In this document: in pieces, positions 45,277-53,084 of the stretch
How the letters are laid out: each line of letters begins with the position of its first letter
Position numbering within the stretch: position 1 is the first letter of the stretch
Assembly (NCBI GenBank): GCA_036351155.1
Contig: JAZBOO010000374.1
Coordinates: 1 to 55,881, forward strand
DNA length: 55,881 nt
Source: Candidatus Krumholzibacteriia bacterium
GTDB taxonomy: Bacteria; Krumholzibacteriota; Krumholzibacteriia; LZORAL124-64-63
Direction of reading: 5' to 3'
Notes under the pieces: model-generated
What the model saw: the letters and a program-made list of their open reading frames with translations, nothing else
The model's database searches: none
Told to the model about the DNA's origin: nothing
Translations under genes and position numbers: made by a program

Positions 45277-46761
45277 ATGGCGAAAGACCATAGCGACACC
45301 TTGCACCCTGAAGGGGAGGCCACCCGCCTCCTGGTGGTGGGGGCCGGGGCCGCGGGCCGGGCTCTGGTGGAGCAGCTGCAGCAAAGTGGGCTCCCGGTGA
45401 AGCCGGTGGCTTTTGTCGATGACGACCCTGAACTGATCGACACCGAGATCCTGGGTTTACCGGTCCACGGGGGCACCGCAGAGGTGGTGGCGATCGCCCG
45501 TCAGATGCACGCGCGTGAAGTCTTGCTGGCCATCCCTTCGTCGGGCGGTGGGCTGTTGAGGCGCCTGATCCTCGAGTGCAAGGGTGCGGGGCTGCCGGTG
45601 CGGATCGTGCCGGGGGTGCGCGACATCATCCGGGGCGATGTCACCATTTCACAGATCAGCGAGATCAAGCCCGAGCACCTGCTGGGGCGCGAGACCGTGG
45701 ATTTCAATGTGGACCGGGCCCGAAAACTGGTGGCGGGCCGCACGGTGCTGGTGACCGGGGCGGGCGGCAGCATCGGCGGCGAGCTCTGTCGGCAAATTCT
45801 CCCCCTGGAACCGGCGGAACTTATCCTGCTGGGGCGGGGCGAGAACAGCATCTTCGAGATCGCCGGGGAACTGGCCAACACCAATCGGGGCACCCGGATC
45901 CGGCAGGTCATTGCCGATGTGCGAGATGCCGGTCGCCTCGAGGTGCTGGCCAAACGGCATCGGCCCGGTCTTATCTTGCACGCCGCCGCCCACAAGCATG
46001 TGCCGCTCATGGAGGATAACCCGGAGGAGGCCGTGCTGGTCAACATCGGGGGCACGGCCAACATGATCCGGTTTGCGCGGCGGGTTGAGGCCGAAAGATT
46101 TGTCCTGATCAGCACCGACAAGGCCGTGGCGCCTTCCAGTATCATGGGGGCGACCAAGAAGGTGGCCGAGCTGCTGGTGGCCCGGGCTGCGGCCCGGCAG
46201 GAAAAGACCAGATTCATGTCCGTCCGCTTCGGCAACGTTCTGGGCAGCCGGGGCTCGGTGGTGCCCTTTTTCATGAAGCGGATCGAGGCGGGTTTGCCTC
46301 TGCCTGTGACCCACGAGGACATGACCCGATTCTTCATGACCATCAAGGAAGCGGCCCAGCTGGTGGTGGAGGCCATGCTGCTGGGGGACCCCGGGGCCAC
46401 CTACATCCTGGAGATGGGAAACCCCGTGCCGATCATTGAACTGGCGCGCAACCTGCTGGCTCTTTCCGGTTTCGACCCCGCGGGGGGAGACACCGGTCCC
46501 GGTATCACGGTGACCGGTCTGCGTCCCGGAGAAAAGCTGCACGAGGCTCTCCATGAAAGTTACGAAACGCTGGTGGCCAGCGAGCACCCCCTGATCATGA
46601 AAGCTGATGGGACAGGACAGGAAACCGAGCAGGTTCTTGAAGCCCTGGACGAGCTGCTGGACCTGGCTCAGCGGGGACGCGTGGCCCCCTTGCGTGAACT
46701 TCTGGCGGAAGTGCTGAAACAGCCGGGGCTGGCCCTGGTGGCTTCCGGAAAGGAATCCTGA
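45277..46761 (+). CDS. nucleotide-sugar 4,6-dehydratase, CapD/PglF/WbpM family (soluble form)
   Basis: VLVTGAGGSIGGELCRQI, LHAAAHKHVPLME, ISTDKAVAPSSIMGATKK, VRFGNVLGSRGSV. Confidence 0.88.
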   Translation: MAKDHSDTLHPEGEATRLLVVGAGAAGRALVEQLQQSGLPVKPVAFVDDDPELIDTEILGLPVHGGTAEVVAIARQMHAREVLLAIPSSGGGLLRRLILECKGAGLPVRIVPGVRDIIRGDVTISQISEIKPEHLLGRETVDFNVDRARKLVAGRTVLVTGAGGSIGGELCRQILPLEPAELILLGRGENSIFEIAGELANTNRGTRIRQVIADVRDAGRLEVLAKRHRPGLILHAAAHKHVPLMEDNPEEAVLVNIGGTANMIRFARRVEAERFVLISTDKAVAPSSIMGATKKVAELLVARAAARQEKTRFMSVRFGNVLGSRGSVVPFFMKRIEAGLPLPVTHEDMTRFFMTIKEAAQLVVEAMLLGDPGATYILEMGNPVPIIELARNLLALSGFDPAGGDTGPGITVTGLRPGEKLHEALHESYETLVASEHPLIMKADGTGQETEQVLEALDELLDLAQRGRVAPLRELLAEVLKQPGLALVASGKES

Positions 46762-46763
46762 CC

Positions 46764-47945
46764 ATGAGCGAGGGACGTCGGTACATCGAGCGCCAGGAGG
46801 TCCTGCCCTTTTTTCGGCCGGACCTGGGCGATGCGGAAATCGATGCGGTGAGCCAGGTTCTCCGTTCCGGCTGGTTGACCTACGGGGCGCAGGTGCGGGA
46901 GTTCGGCCAGCGCTGTGCCGACTATCTGAAGGTGGAGCACGCCGTGCCGGTGGCCAGTGCGTCGGCCGGTCTTTTCCTGGCGCTCAAGGCGCTGGGGGTG
47001 GGCGAAGGAGACGAGGTCATCCTCCCTCCGATCACCTTCATCTCCACCCTGTCGGCCGTGGTCCACTGCGGGGCCACTCCGGTCCTGGCGGACATCGAAC
47101 CCCGGTATCTGGGGCTGGATCCGGAAGCGTTCGCGCGCGCCATCACTCCGCGGACGCGCTGTGTGATTCCGGTGCACATGGCGGGTCATCCCTGCCGTCT
47201 GCCAGAAATCCTGGCCACGGCGCGGCAGAACGGGATCAAGGTGGTCGAGGATGCCGCGCACAGCTTCGGCTCTCGACTGGACGGCACCCTGCTGGGGGGC
47301 TTCGGCGATGCCACGGTGTTTTCATTTTACGCCACCAAGAATTTCACCACCGGTGATGGGGGACTCGTGACCACGCAGGACCCCGACCTGGCGGAGAAGG
47401 TGCGCATGCTGAGCTTTCACGGCATGGACGGCAATGCCTGGCAACGCTATTCCGGGCGGGGCAGCTGGTACTATGAGGTGGTGGAATACGGATTCAAGTA
47501 CCACCTGGGCGATCCGGCCGCAGCCCTGGGGCTGGTCCAGCTGGGCCGAGCCGACGAATTCCTGGCCCGACGAACGGAAATTGCCGCGCGGTATTCTGAG
47601 GCGCTGGCTGATCTGCCTGGAGTGCTCTTGCCCGAGGAGGCCGACTGGGCCACCCATGCCTGGCACCTGTATGTTCTGCGGGTGGATCCCGAACGGATCC
47701 GGGAGGGCCGAGATGGCCTGATCGAGGATTTGCAGGTCAACCGGCTGGGCAGCTCGGTGCACTTCATCCCTCTGTACAAGCATCCGGTCTGGACCCGGGG
47801 TGGGCTGCCCGCCGAGGGGATGGCCGAGGCGGAGAAATATTTTCAAAGCTGTGTCAGCTTGCCCCTGTTCCCGGCCATGACCGAGGGCGAGATCGAGGAC
47901 GTGATCACGGTGGTTCGCCGCAGCTTGTCCGATCGCCAGTCATGA
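46764..47945 (+). CDS. DegT/DnrJ/EryC1/StrS-family PLP aminotransferase (PglE/WecE-like)
   Basis: LPFFRPDLGDAEIDAV, GDEVILPPITFIST, VVEDAAHSFGS, SFYATKNFTTGDGG (PLP lysine). Confidence 0.9.
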   Translation: MSEGRRYIERQEVLPFFRPDLGDAEIDAVSQVLRSGWLTYGAQVREFGQRCADYLKVEHAVPVASASAGLFLALKALGVGEGDEVILPPITFISTLSAVVHCGATPVLADIEPRYLGLDPEAFARAITPRTRCVIPVHMAGHPCRLPEILATARQNGIKVVEDAAHSFGSRLDGTLLGGFGDATVFSFYATKNFTTGDGGLVTTQDPDLAEKVRMLSFHGMDGNAWQRYSGRGSWYYEVVEYGFKYHLGDPAAALGLVQLGRADEFLARRTEIAARYSEALADLPGVLLPEEADWATHAWHLYVLRVDPERIREGRDGLIEDLQVNRLGSSVHFIPLYKHPVWTRGGLPAEGMAEAEKYFQSCVSLPLFPAMTEGEIEDVITVVRRSLSDRQS

Positions 47946-49042
47946 CCTCCTCCCCTCCTGAGACTGTGACCATGAAGATCACACACCAGGAGGATGCCCC
48001 TGCCGGCTGGGATGCCCTGGTGGACGCCGACCCCGGCGCCGATTTCTTTCACACAGCGGACTGGACCCGCCTGGCCGCACGTTGTTATCCCGGCCTGAAA
48101 CCCTTCTGGATCGAGGCCCGACAGGGTGACCGCACCGTGGGGGGAATGGCCGGGTTTGATCGAGTGGGCCGGGTTCCCTTGCTGGGGCCTTTGGTGCGCC
48201 TGGAGAGCAATCTGGAGGGTGTGTCCGGGGGGCCTCTGGTGGTGGGAGAACTGGATGAAACCGCCCGTGACCATATTTTCCGGGCCCTGGTGGAGGAAAT
48301 GCTGCGCCTGGCCACGGGATCCTTTTCCCGCTGCGCCATATCCCTGAACACATTCCAGGAAAACCGATTTGGCCACCTCCTGGCTGACCAGCCTCTGTGG
48401 CAGCGCTTTTCTGTGCCGGGGTCGGTGGTCGATCTTTCCCAAGGGCGCGAGCACGTCGAAGCCCACCTGATGAGCATGAACAAGCGCAACGAACGCAACC
48501 GCGCCCTCAAGCGCGGGGTCGAGGCTTGCACCACCAGTGACCCTGCCCTCCTGCGTGCTTATTACCCGCTGTATCTCGCCGCGAGCCAGGTTTGGGGCCA
48601 GTCCCCGGTCCCTCTGGAGTTCCTGGAGGCTCTGCTGGGCCTCGGTCCCGAGAAGTGCTTTTTTTCGTGTGTGCGGTTCGAGGATCAGGTGATCGGCGGC
48701 CATCTCAACCTGGTCCACGGCGATCGGGTGTTCGCCTGGAACGGGGTGACCGACCCGGCCCACGCGCGCAAGCATTTTCCCGCCACAGTGGTCATGTGGT
48801 GGGACATCGTGGAAAGTTGCGCTCGGGGCGCGCGCTCCCTTGATCTGGGTGCCAGTGGCGGAGTGGTCAGTCTAGGTGGCTTCAAGCGCAATTTCGGAGC
48901 TGACCTGGAGGAGCGCGGGTTCTATGTTCGTGAAAGCGCGGGAATGAAGCTCCTCAAGCAAGGACAAACTCTGTGGTCCCGGGTGCGACGGTCCGGTGCC
49001 AAGGGCGGCAGGCGCTGGCATGATCGGAAGGGGCGGACATGA
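47942..49042 (+). CDS. FemAB / BioF2-like GNAT-fold (Acetyltransf_6-like) acyl- or aminoacyl-transferase
   Basis: N-terminus FFHTADW, mid MSMNKRNERNRALKRGVE, C-terminus GGHLNLVHGDRVFAWNGVTD...LDLGASGGVVSLGGFKRNFGA. This is the FemAB-like pattern as I recall it. The ATG overlaps the upstream stop. Confidence 0.6.
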   Translation: MTSSPPETVTMKITHQEDAPAGWDALVDADPGADFFHTADWTRLAARCYPGLKPFWIEARQGDRTVGGMAGFDRVGRVPLLGPLVRLESNLEGVSGGPLVVGELDETARDHIFRALVEEMLRLATGSFSRCAISLNTFQENRFGHLLADQPLWQRFSVPGSVVDLSQGREHVEAHLMSMNKRNERNRALKRGVEACTTSDPALLRAYYPLYLAASQVWGQSPVPLEFLEALLGLGPEKCFFSCVRFEDQVIGGHLNLVHGDRVFAWNGVTDPAHARKHFPATVVMWWDIVESCARGARSLDLGASGGVVSLGGFKRNFGADLEERGFYVRESAGMKLLKQGQTLWSRVRRSGAKGGRRWHDRKGRT

Positions 49043-50346
49043 GGCTTTTCAAGGCCGGCGCCCGCATTCTGTTCAGCCGCATCGGACAGGTCCTGGCCAA
49101 CGCCGCCGTGGTCATGGTCATTGCCAAGACCCTCGGACCTTCCGGACAGGGGCACTACAGCCTCACCGTGGCCGGCGTGCTGCTGCTGGCTTCCTTGCTG
49201 GGAGGGGGCATGGGTCTATCTGCGGTTCCGCCTTTGCGCCAGGACAAGATCCGCCCCGCTCGGATGTTCCGGGTCCAGATGACCTGGGTGGCCGGGATGG
49301 CCGTGGTCCTGGGAGTTCTGGCCTGGCTGTCGACCACGCCTGCTCCTGCTGCTTTCCTGGCGGACCACCTGGGATGGCGTCCGGGCTGGGGCTTCCTGGC
49401 CGCTCTGGCCGCCCTGGCCGTCCTGGTGTTCGAGGTTTTCAGCTACAACCTCCTGGCCCGGGGGCGACTGGTCATCGGAGCGGCCGTCAACGGCTATCGT
49501 GCCATGGGACATCTGGCCGTGGTGCTGATGGTGTGGGGTGTGGGGTCCCTGACCCTGGGGCTTTCGGTGGCAGCCTTTGCCGTGGCCCAGACCGCCGGCG
49601 GAGCCGCCATGCTGATCCTGGTGCTGCGCGAATTTCGCCGGCCCTTGCGTGAACTCCCCGGGATCTCGGGGGTGGGGGTCTCGGATTCCGATGTTCCCGA
49701 TGATCTCGATCGGCGGTCTCTCCTCGCCTTGATCGGTTACAACCTGCGGCGCGGCTGGATCGGTCAGATTTCTGCCGTGGCCTATTTCCTTCTCTTGCGC
49801 CTGGATCAAGGCCTGCTGGAGCACTTCCGCGGAGCGGCCGAAGTGGGGATTTACTCGGTGGCCGTGTATGTAGGGGAAATGCTCTGGCTGCTGCCCGGGG
49901 CCATCACCCCCTTGCTGGTCCATTCCTCGGCCGATGACGGTGGGAGCCGACGCCGGGACACCACCGCGGTGCGAGCTGTCCAGTTCGGGTTCCTCCTGAC
50001 CCTGGCGGCGGCCTTGCCTCTGTTCTTTCTGGCGGAACCCTTGCTGAAACTCCTGGCCGGGGGCGAGTACGCCGGGTCAGGCCCCGCCTTGCGCGCCCTT
50101 TTGCCGGGCATTGTCTTGTTTGCGCCCGGGGCTGTCCTGGCCGGCGATTTCATCGGCCGGGGCAAGCCTCACTGGAACACCCAGGCCAGTGCGGCCACCG
50201 TGGCGGTCAACTTGCTGGTGGCCTGGCAGTTGATTCCCCTGTACGGCCCCGTGGGAGCGGCCTGGTCCAGCACCATTGCCTATGCGGTGGGGGGGGGAAT
50301 CATGCTGATCCGTTTCCGGTCGGTGCTCCGGAAGGAAAAACGATAG
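49039..50346 (+). CDS. Wzx-type polysaccharide/oligosaccharide flippase (MOP superfamily)
   Basis: 435 aa, about 12 predicted TM spans. N-terminus ARILFSRIGQVLANAAVVMVIAKTLGPSGQGHYSL is typical of Polysacc_synt proteins. The ATG overlaps the upstream stop. Confidence 0.75.
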   Translation: MRLFKAGARILFSRIGQVLANAAVVMVIAKTLGPSGQGHYSLTVAGVLLLASLLGGGMGLSAVPPLRQDKIRPARMFRVQMTWVAGMAVVLGVLAWLSTTPAPAAFLADHLGWRPGWGFLAALAALAVLVFEVFSYNLLARGRLVIGAAVNGYRAMGHLAVVLMVWGVGSLTLGLSVAAFAVAQTAGGAAMLILVLREFRRPLRELPGISGVGVSDSDVPDDLDRRSLLALIGYNLRRGWIGQISAVAYFLLLRLDQGLLEHFRGAAEVGIYSVAVYVGEMLWLLPGAITPLLVHSSADDGGSRRRDTTAVRAVQFGFLLTLAAALPLFFLAEPLLKLLAGGEYAGSGPALRALLPGIVLFAPGAVLAGDFIGRGKPHWNTQASAATVAVNLLVAWQLIPLYGPVGAAWSSTIAYAVGGGIMLIRFRSVLRKEKR

Positions 50347-50380
50347 CGTAACCCAAAGCCAGACAGATGGTTTGACCGTT

Positions 50381-50405
50381 CCGGGCCCTCGGCCCGGTTT
50401 TTTTT
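50381..50405 (+). terminator. intrinsic terminator ending the glycan array
   Basis: CCGGGCC-ctc-GGCCCGG followed by eight T. Confidence 0.8.
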
Positions 50406-50427
50406 GTCCTGAAATGAAAAAAGAGGG

Positions 50428-50456
50428 TTGACCACCTGGTGGAGAAAAGTTACTCT
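50428..50456 (+). promoter_or_regulatory. candidate dcw (mraZ) promoter
   Basis: TTGACC (50428-33), 17-nt spacer, TACTCT (50451-56). Overlapped and followed by GGTGG/GGTGA direct repeats. No experimental support. Confidence 0.35.
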
Positions 50457-50667
50457 CCGGTGGTGGCTGGTGGAGGAAAAAGGCGAAAAAAGGTGACTTT
50501 CAAGTCATGATTGGTGAAGATGGCGGCGGCCCACGGAGGGGCCAGAACCGCGCAAAGGATTGCCGAAACGCCGCCTTCTTTCCCAAAACCTCGCAGGACA
50601 AGGACTTCTGCCTTTTCCTCCCCAGCCGGACCAGGGCCATCGCTTCGGGAAGGACGTATCCCAGACC

Positions 50668-51159
50668 ATGAACTTCGATCCGCAGGCAGCCGGTGCCGGA
50701 GATTTCCCTTTCACGTTCCACGGATCGTATACCCGTGCTGTGGACGCCAAGGGCCGGTTTCATCTGCCTTTCCGCTTCCGGAACCAGAGCCCGGCGGCTG
50801 TGGTCGAGGAAGAGGAGCGCGAGAAATACATGATCTCGCCGGGTCTGGACGGTTCGGTGACCCTGACTCCTCATGCGGTTTGGATGGAAAACTTCAACCG
50901 CTTGCGGGCTGAAGAGCCCAGCCCTGAAAAAACACGCGATCTGCGTTTGATGAGCCTGAACAGCCGCATGTTGAGCCCGGATGCCCAGGGGCGCGTGGCT
51001 GTTCCGGCCGAGATTCTGGAGTTCTTGAAGGTGGCCAAGAAGGTGACGGTGGTGGGGATGGGATCACATATGGAACTGTGGTCGCCCGAAGCCGTGGCCC
51101 AGATCAGTCCCGAGGGTCAAGGACCCAGCCAGGATTTCATGTACCGATTCTACCGCTAG
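50668..51159 (+). CDS. mraZ: transcriptional regulator MraZ
   Basis: Two SpoVT/AbrB-like halves: HGSYTRAVDAKGRFHLPFRFR and LSPDAQGRVAVPAEILEFLKV..VTVVGMGSHMELW. Start uncertain (ATG 50668, or TTG 50560 from the track). Confidence 0.85.
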   Translation: MNFDPQAAGAGDFPFTFHGSYTRAVDAKGRFHLPFRFRNQSPAAVVEEEEREKYMISPGLDGSVTLTPHAVWMENFNRLRAEEPSPEKTRDLRLMSLNSRMLSPDAQGRVAVPAEILEFLKVAKKVTVVGMGSHMELWSPEAVAQISPEGQGPSQDFMYRFYR

Positions 51160-51208
51160 GCGGTCAAAGAGATAGCCCACGGATGGGCGAAGCTGGGAAG
51201 GAGCCCAC

Positions 51209-51631
51209 ATGCCGAGAGAGATGGCCCGACAGTCTGTGAGGCAGGAGGCCGCAGGCAGTCACCGGAATACCTTGGAAGTTGAAGTCAGGCAAACGGACCA
51301 GACTGTCAGGGTCACTCTCTCGGGGATACTGGACCGCCAGGGCGTGGGGAAATTGATCAGCCGGGTGACGCCGGCTCTGCGTGGACGCGGAGACCGGATC
51401 ATCCTGGACGGATCACGCTTGACTCATCTGGACTACCGCGCCACCGGGCAGCTCGTGGCCTGGAACCGTCGGCTTCGTCTGTTCGGGCACCAGTTGATGC
51501 TGCTGCAATGGAGCTCCTACCTCAAGGCCATTCTCCTGATGGAAGACTGGGACGGCGAACTGGCCGGCCGCCCGTCGGCGGCTCTGGATCAGGATCTTGT
51601 GCCTCGCAGTCGTCCCGAAGCAATGCCATGA
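51209..51631 (+). CDS. STAS-domain-like (anti-sigma-antagonist fold) protein inserted between mraZ and rsmH
   Basis: VRVTLSGILDRQGVGKLISRV...RIILDGSRLTHLDYRATGQLVAWNRRLRLFGHQLMLLQWSSYLKAILLMEDW follows the SpoIIAA/STAS beta-alpha pattern. GGAAGGA RBS. The stop overlaps the rsmH ATG. Confidence 0.55.
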   Translation: MPREMARQSVRQEAAGSHRNTLEVEVRQTDQTVRVTLSGILDRQGVGKLISRVTPALRGRGDRIILDGSRLTHLDYRATGQLVAWNRRLRLFGHQLMLLQWSSYLKAILLMEDWDGELAGRPSAALDQDLVPRSRPEAMP

Positions 51632-52563
51632 CCGATGATCTTCATGTCCCGGTTCTCAAGGAAGAGACCCTGAGGCTGCTGCAGCCGAAGGAGGGCATGC
51701 GGATCATCGACGGCACGTTCGGGTTTGGCGGTCACAGCCGCGCCTTTCTGGAGTCCGGGGCCGAGGTTCTGGGTCTGGATCTGGATGCGGTGGCTCAGGA
51801 CGCCTGCGCCGAGCTTTCCACCGAGTTTCCCGGACTATCCTGCCGCCGCAGTTCCTTCAAGGATCTGGAGGCGGCGCTGTCGTCCGTGGGCTGGAAGCAG
51901 GTAGATGGTGTGTTGCTGGACCTGGGGGTCAGCAGTTTTCAGCTGGACGACCCGGACAAGGGCTTCAGCTACCGGACCGACGGCCCGCTGGATCTGCGTT
52001 TCAACCAGGAAGCGGGTCAGAGCGCGGCCGAGTTGATTGCCCGATCCGACGAGACCACTCTGGCCAATCTGATCTGGCAGTTTGGCCAGGAGCGGGCCAG
52101 CCGCCGCATTGCCCGCGCGGTGATGAGGGCCCACCGGGAAGAGCCCGTGGAAACCACGGGGCGTTTGCGTGACATCGTTGTGGGTGTCCTGCCTCGCGGC
52201 ATCAAAACAGCGCCCACGCTGAGTCGGGTTTTTCAGGCCTTGCGGATCGTGGTCAACGACGAGATGGCCGCCCTGACCGAGACCTTGCAGAAGTTGCCCC
52301 GGGTGATCAAGCCGGGCGGATGCTTCGTGGTGATTTCCTATCATTCTCTGGAGGATCGACTGGTCAAGCAGTTCATCGACCGAGAGAAGCGTGACTGTCT
52401 GTGTCCGCCTCAGCTGCCCATGTGTGTCTGCGGGCATACGCGGCTGCTGAAGCCTCTGACCAAGGGTGCGGTGCAGGCCGACGAAAACGAACAGCAGAGG
52501 AATCCGCGGTCGCGGAGCGCCCGGTTGCGCGCCGCCCGGATCCTGTCCGGAGGAAAGCCATGA
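51628..52563 (+). CDS. rsmH: 16S rRNA (cytosine1402-N4)-methyltransferase
   Basis: HVPVLKEETL, IDGTFGFGGHS, LLDLGVSSFQLDDPDKGFSY, ISYHSLEDRLVK. Confidence 0.93.
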   Translation: MTDDLHVPVLKEETLRLLQPKEGMRIIDGTFGFGGHSRAFLESGAEVLGLDLDAVAQDACAELSTEFPGLSCRRSSFKDLEAALSSVGWKQVDGVLLDLGVSSFQLDDPDKGFSYRTDGPLDLRFNQEAGQSAAELIARSDETTLANLIWQFGQERASRRIARAVMRAHREEPVETTGRLRDIVVGVLPRGIKTAPTLSRVFQALRIVVNDEMAALTETLQKLPRVIKPGGCFVVISYHSLEDRLVKQFIDREKRDCLCPPQLPMCVCGHTRLLKPLTKGAVQADENEQQRNPRSRSARLRAARILSGGKP

Positions 52564-53084
52564 TCGGATGGCGTAGTGCGGCTTTTGGCAGTGGCCACGG
52601 GGAAAGCCCGGTGGCGAGGCGTGCCGACAGCATGGCCCATCGCAAGGGACTGTGTTCCCGCCGTGTCACGGCCATGCTGATGGTGTTTCTTCTGATCGCC
52701 CTGTTGCTGGGAGGAAGGGTGCTGGTCCTCAACCAGATGACGGTCATGCGCACCAACATCAGTGTGCTGGAAGATCGACAGGGGTTCCTGGAGACGCGTG
52801 CGGCCAGCTTGCTGGAACAGTGGAACCGAGCCACTTCTGCCCTGGTCATTCGCGATCGCGCGGAGAAGGAACTGGGCCTGATCATGAGTCCGGAGCCGGG
52901 GTTGGTTCTGGTTCGAACCCCCGATGCCCGCGACCGCCACGGCTGGTCCCTGCCGGACTGGCTGGGAAATCTGGCCGCCGGCAGCGATGTCCAGGCGGCG
53001 ACTCCGGCCACCATCGTCAGCGACATGATCTCCCTGCAGCCGCGGCCTCGGGGTGAACCCCTGGGGCAGGTGTCCACGCCATGA
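52560..53084 (+). CDS. ftsL: cell division protein FtsL-like (bitopic, coiled-coil)
   Basis: Position between rsmH and ftsI. Single TM AMLMVFLLIALLLGG followed by a coiled-coil-like segment and ...IRDRAEKELGLIMSPEP. ATGA overlaps at both ends. Confidence 0.6.
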   Translation: MIGWRSAAFGSGHGESPVARRADSMAHRKGLCSRRVTAMLMVFLLIALLLGGRVLVLNQMTVMRTNISVLEDRQGFLETRAASLLEQWNRATSALVIRDRAEKELGLIMSPEPGLVLVRTPDARDRHGWSLPDWLGNLAAGSDVQAATPATIVSDMISLQPRPRGEPLGQVSTP

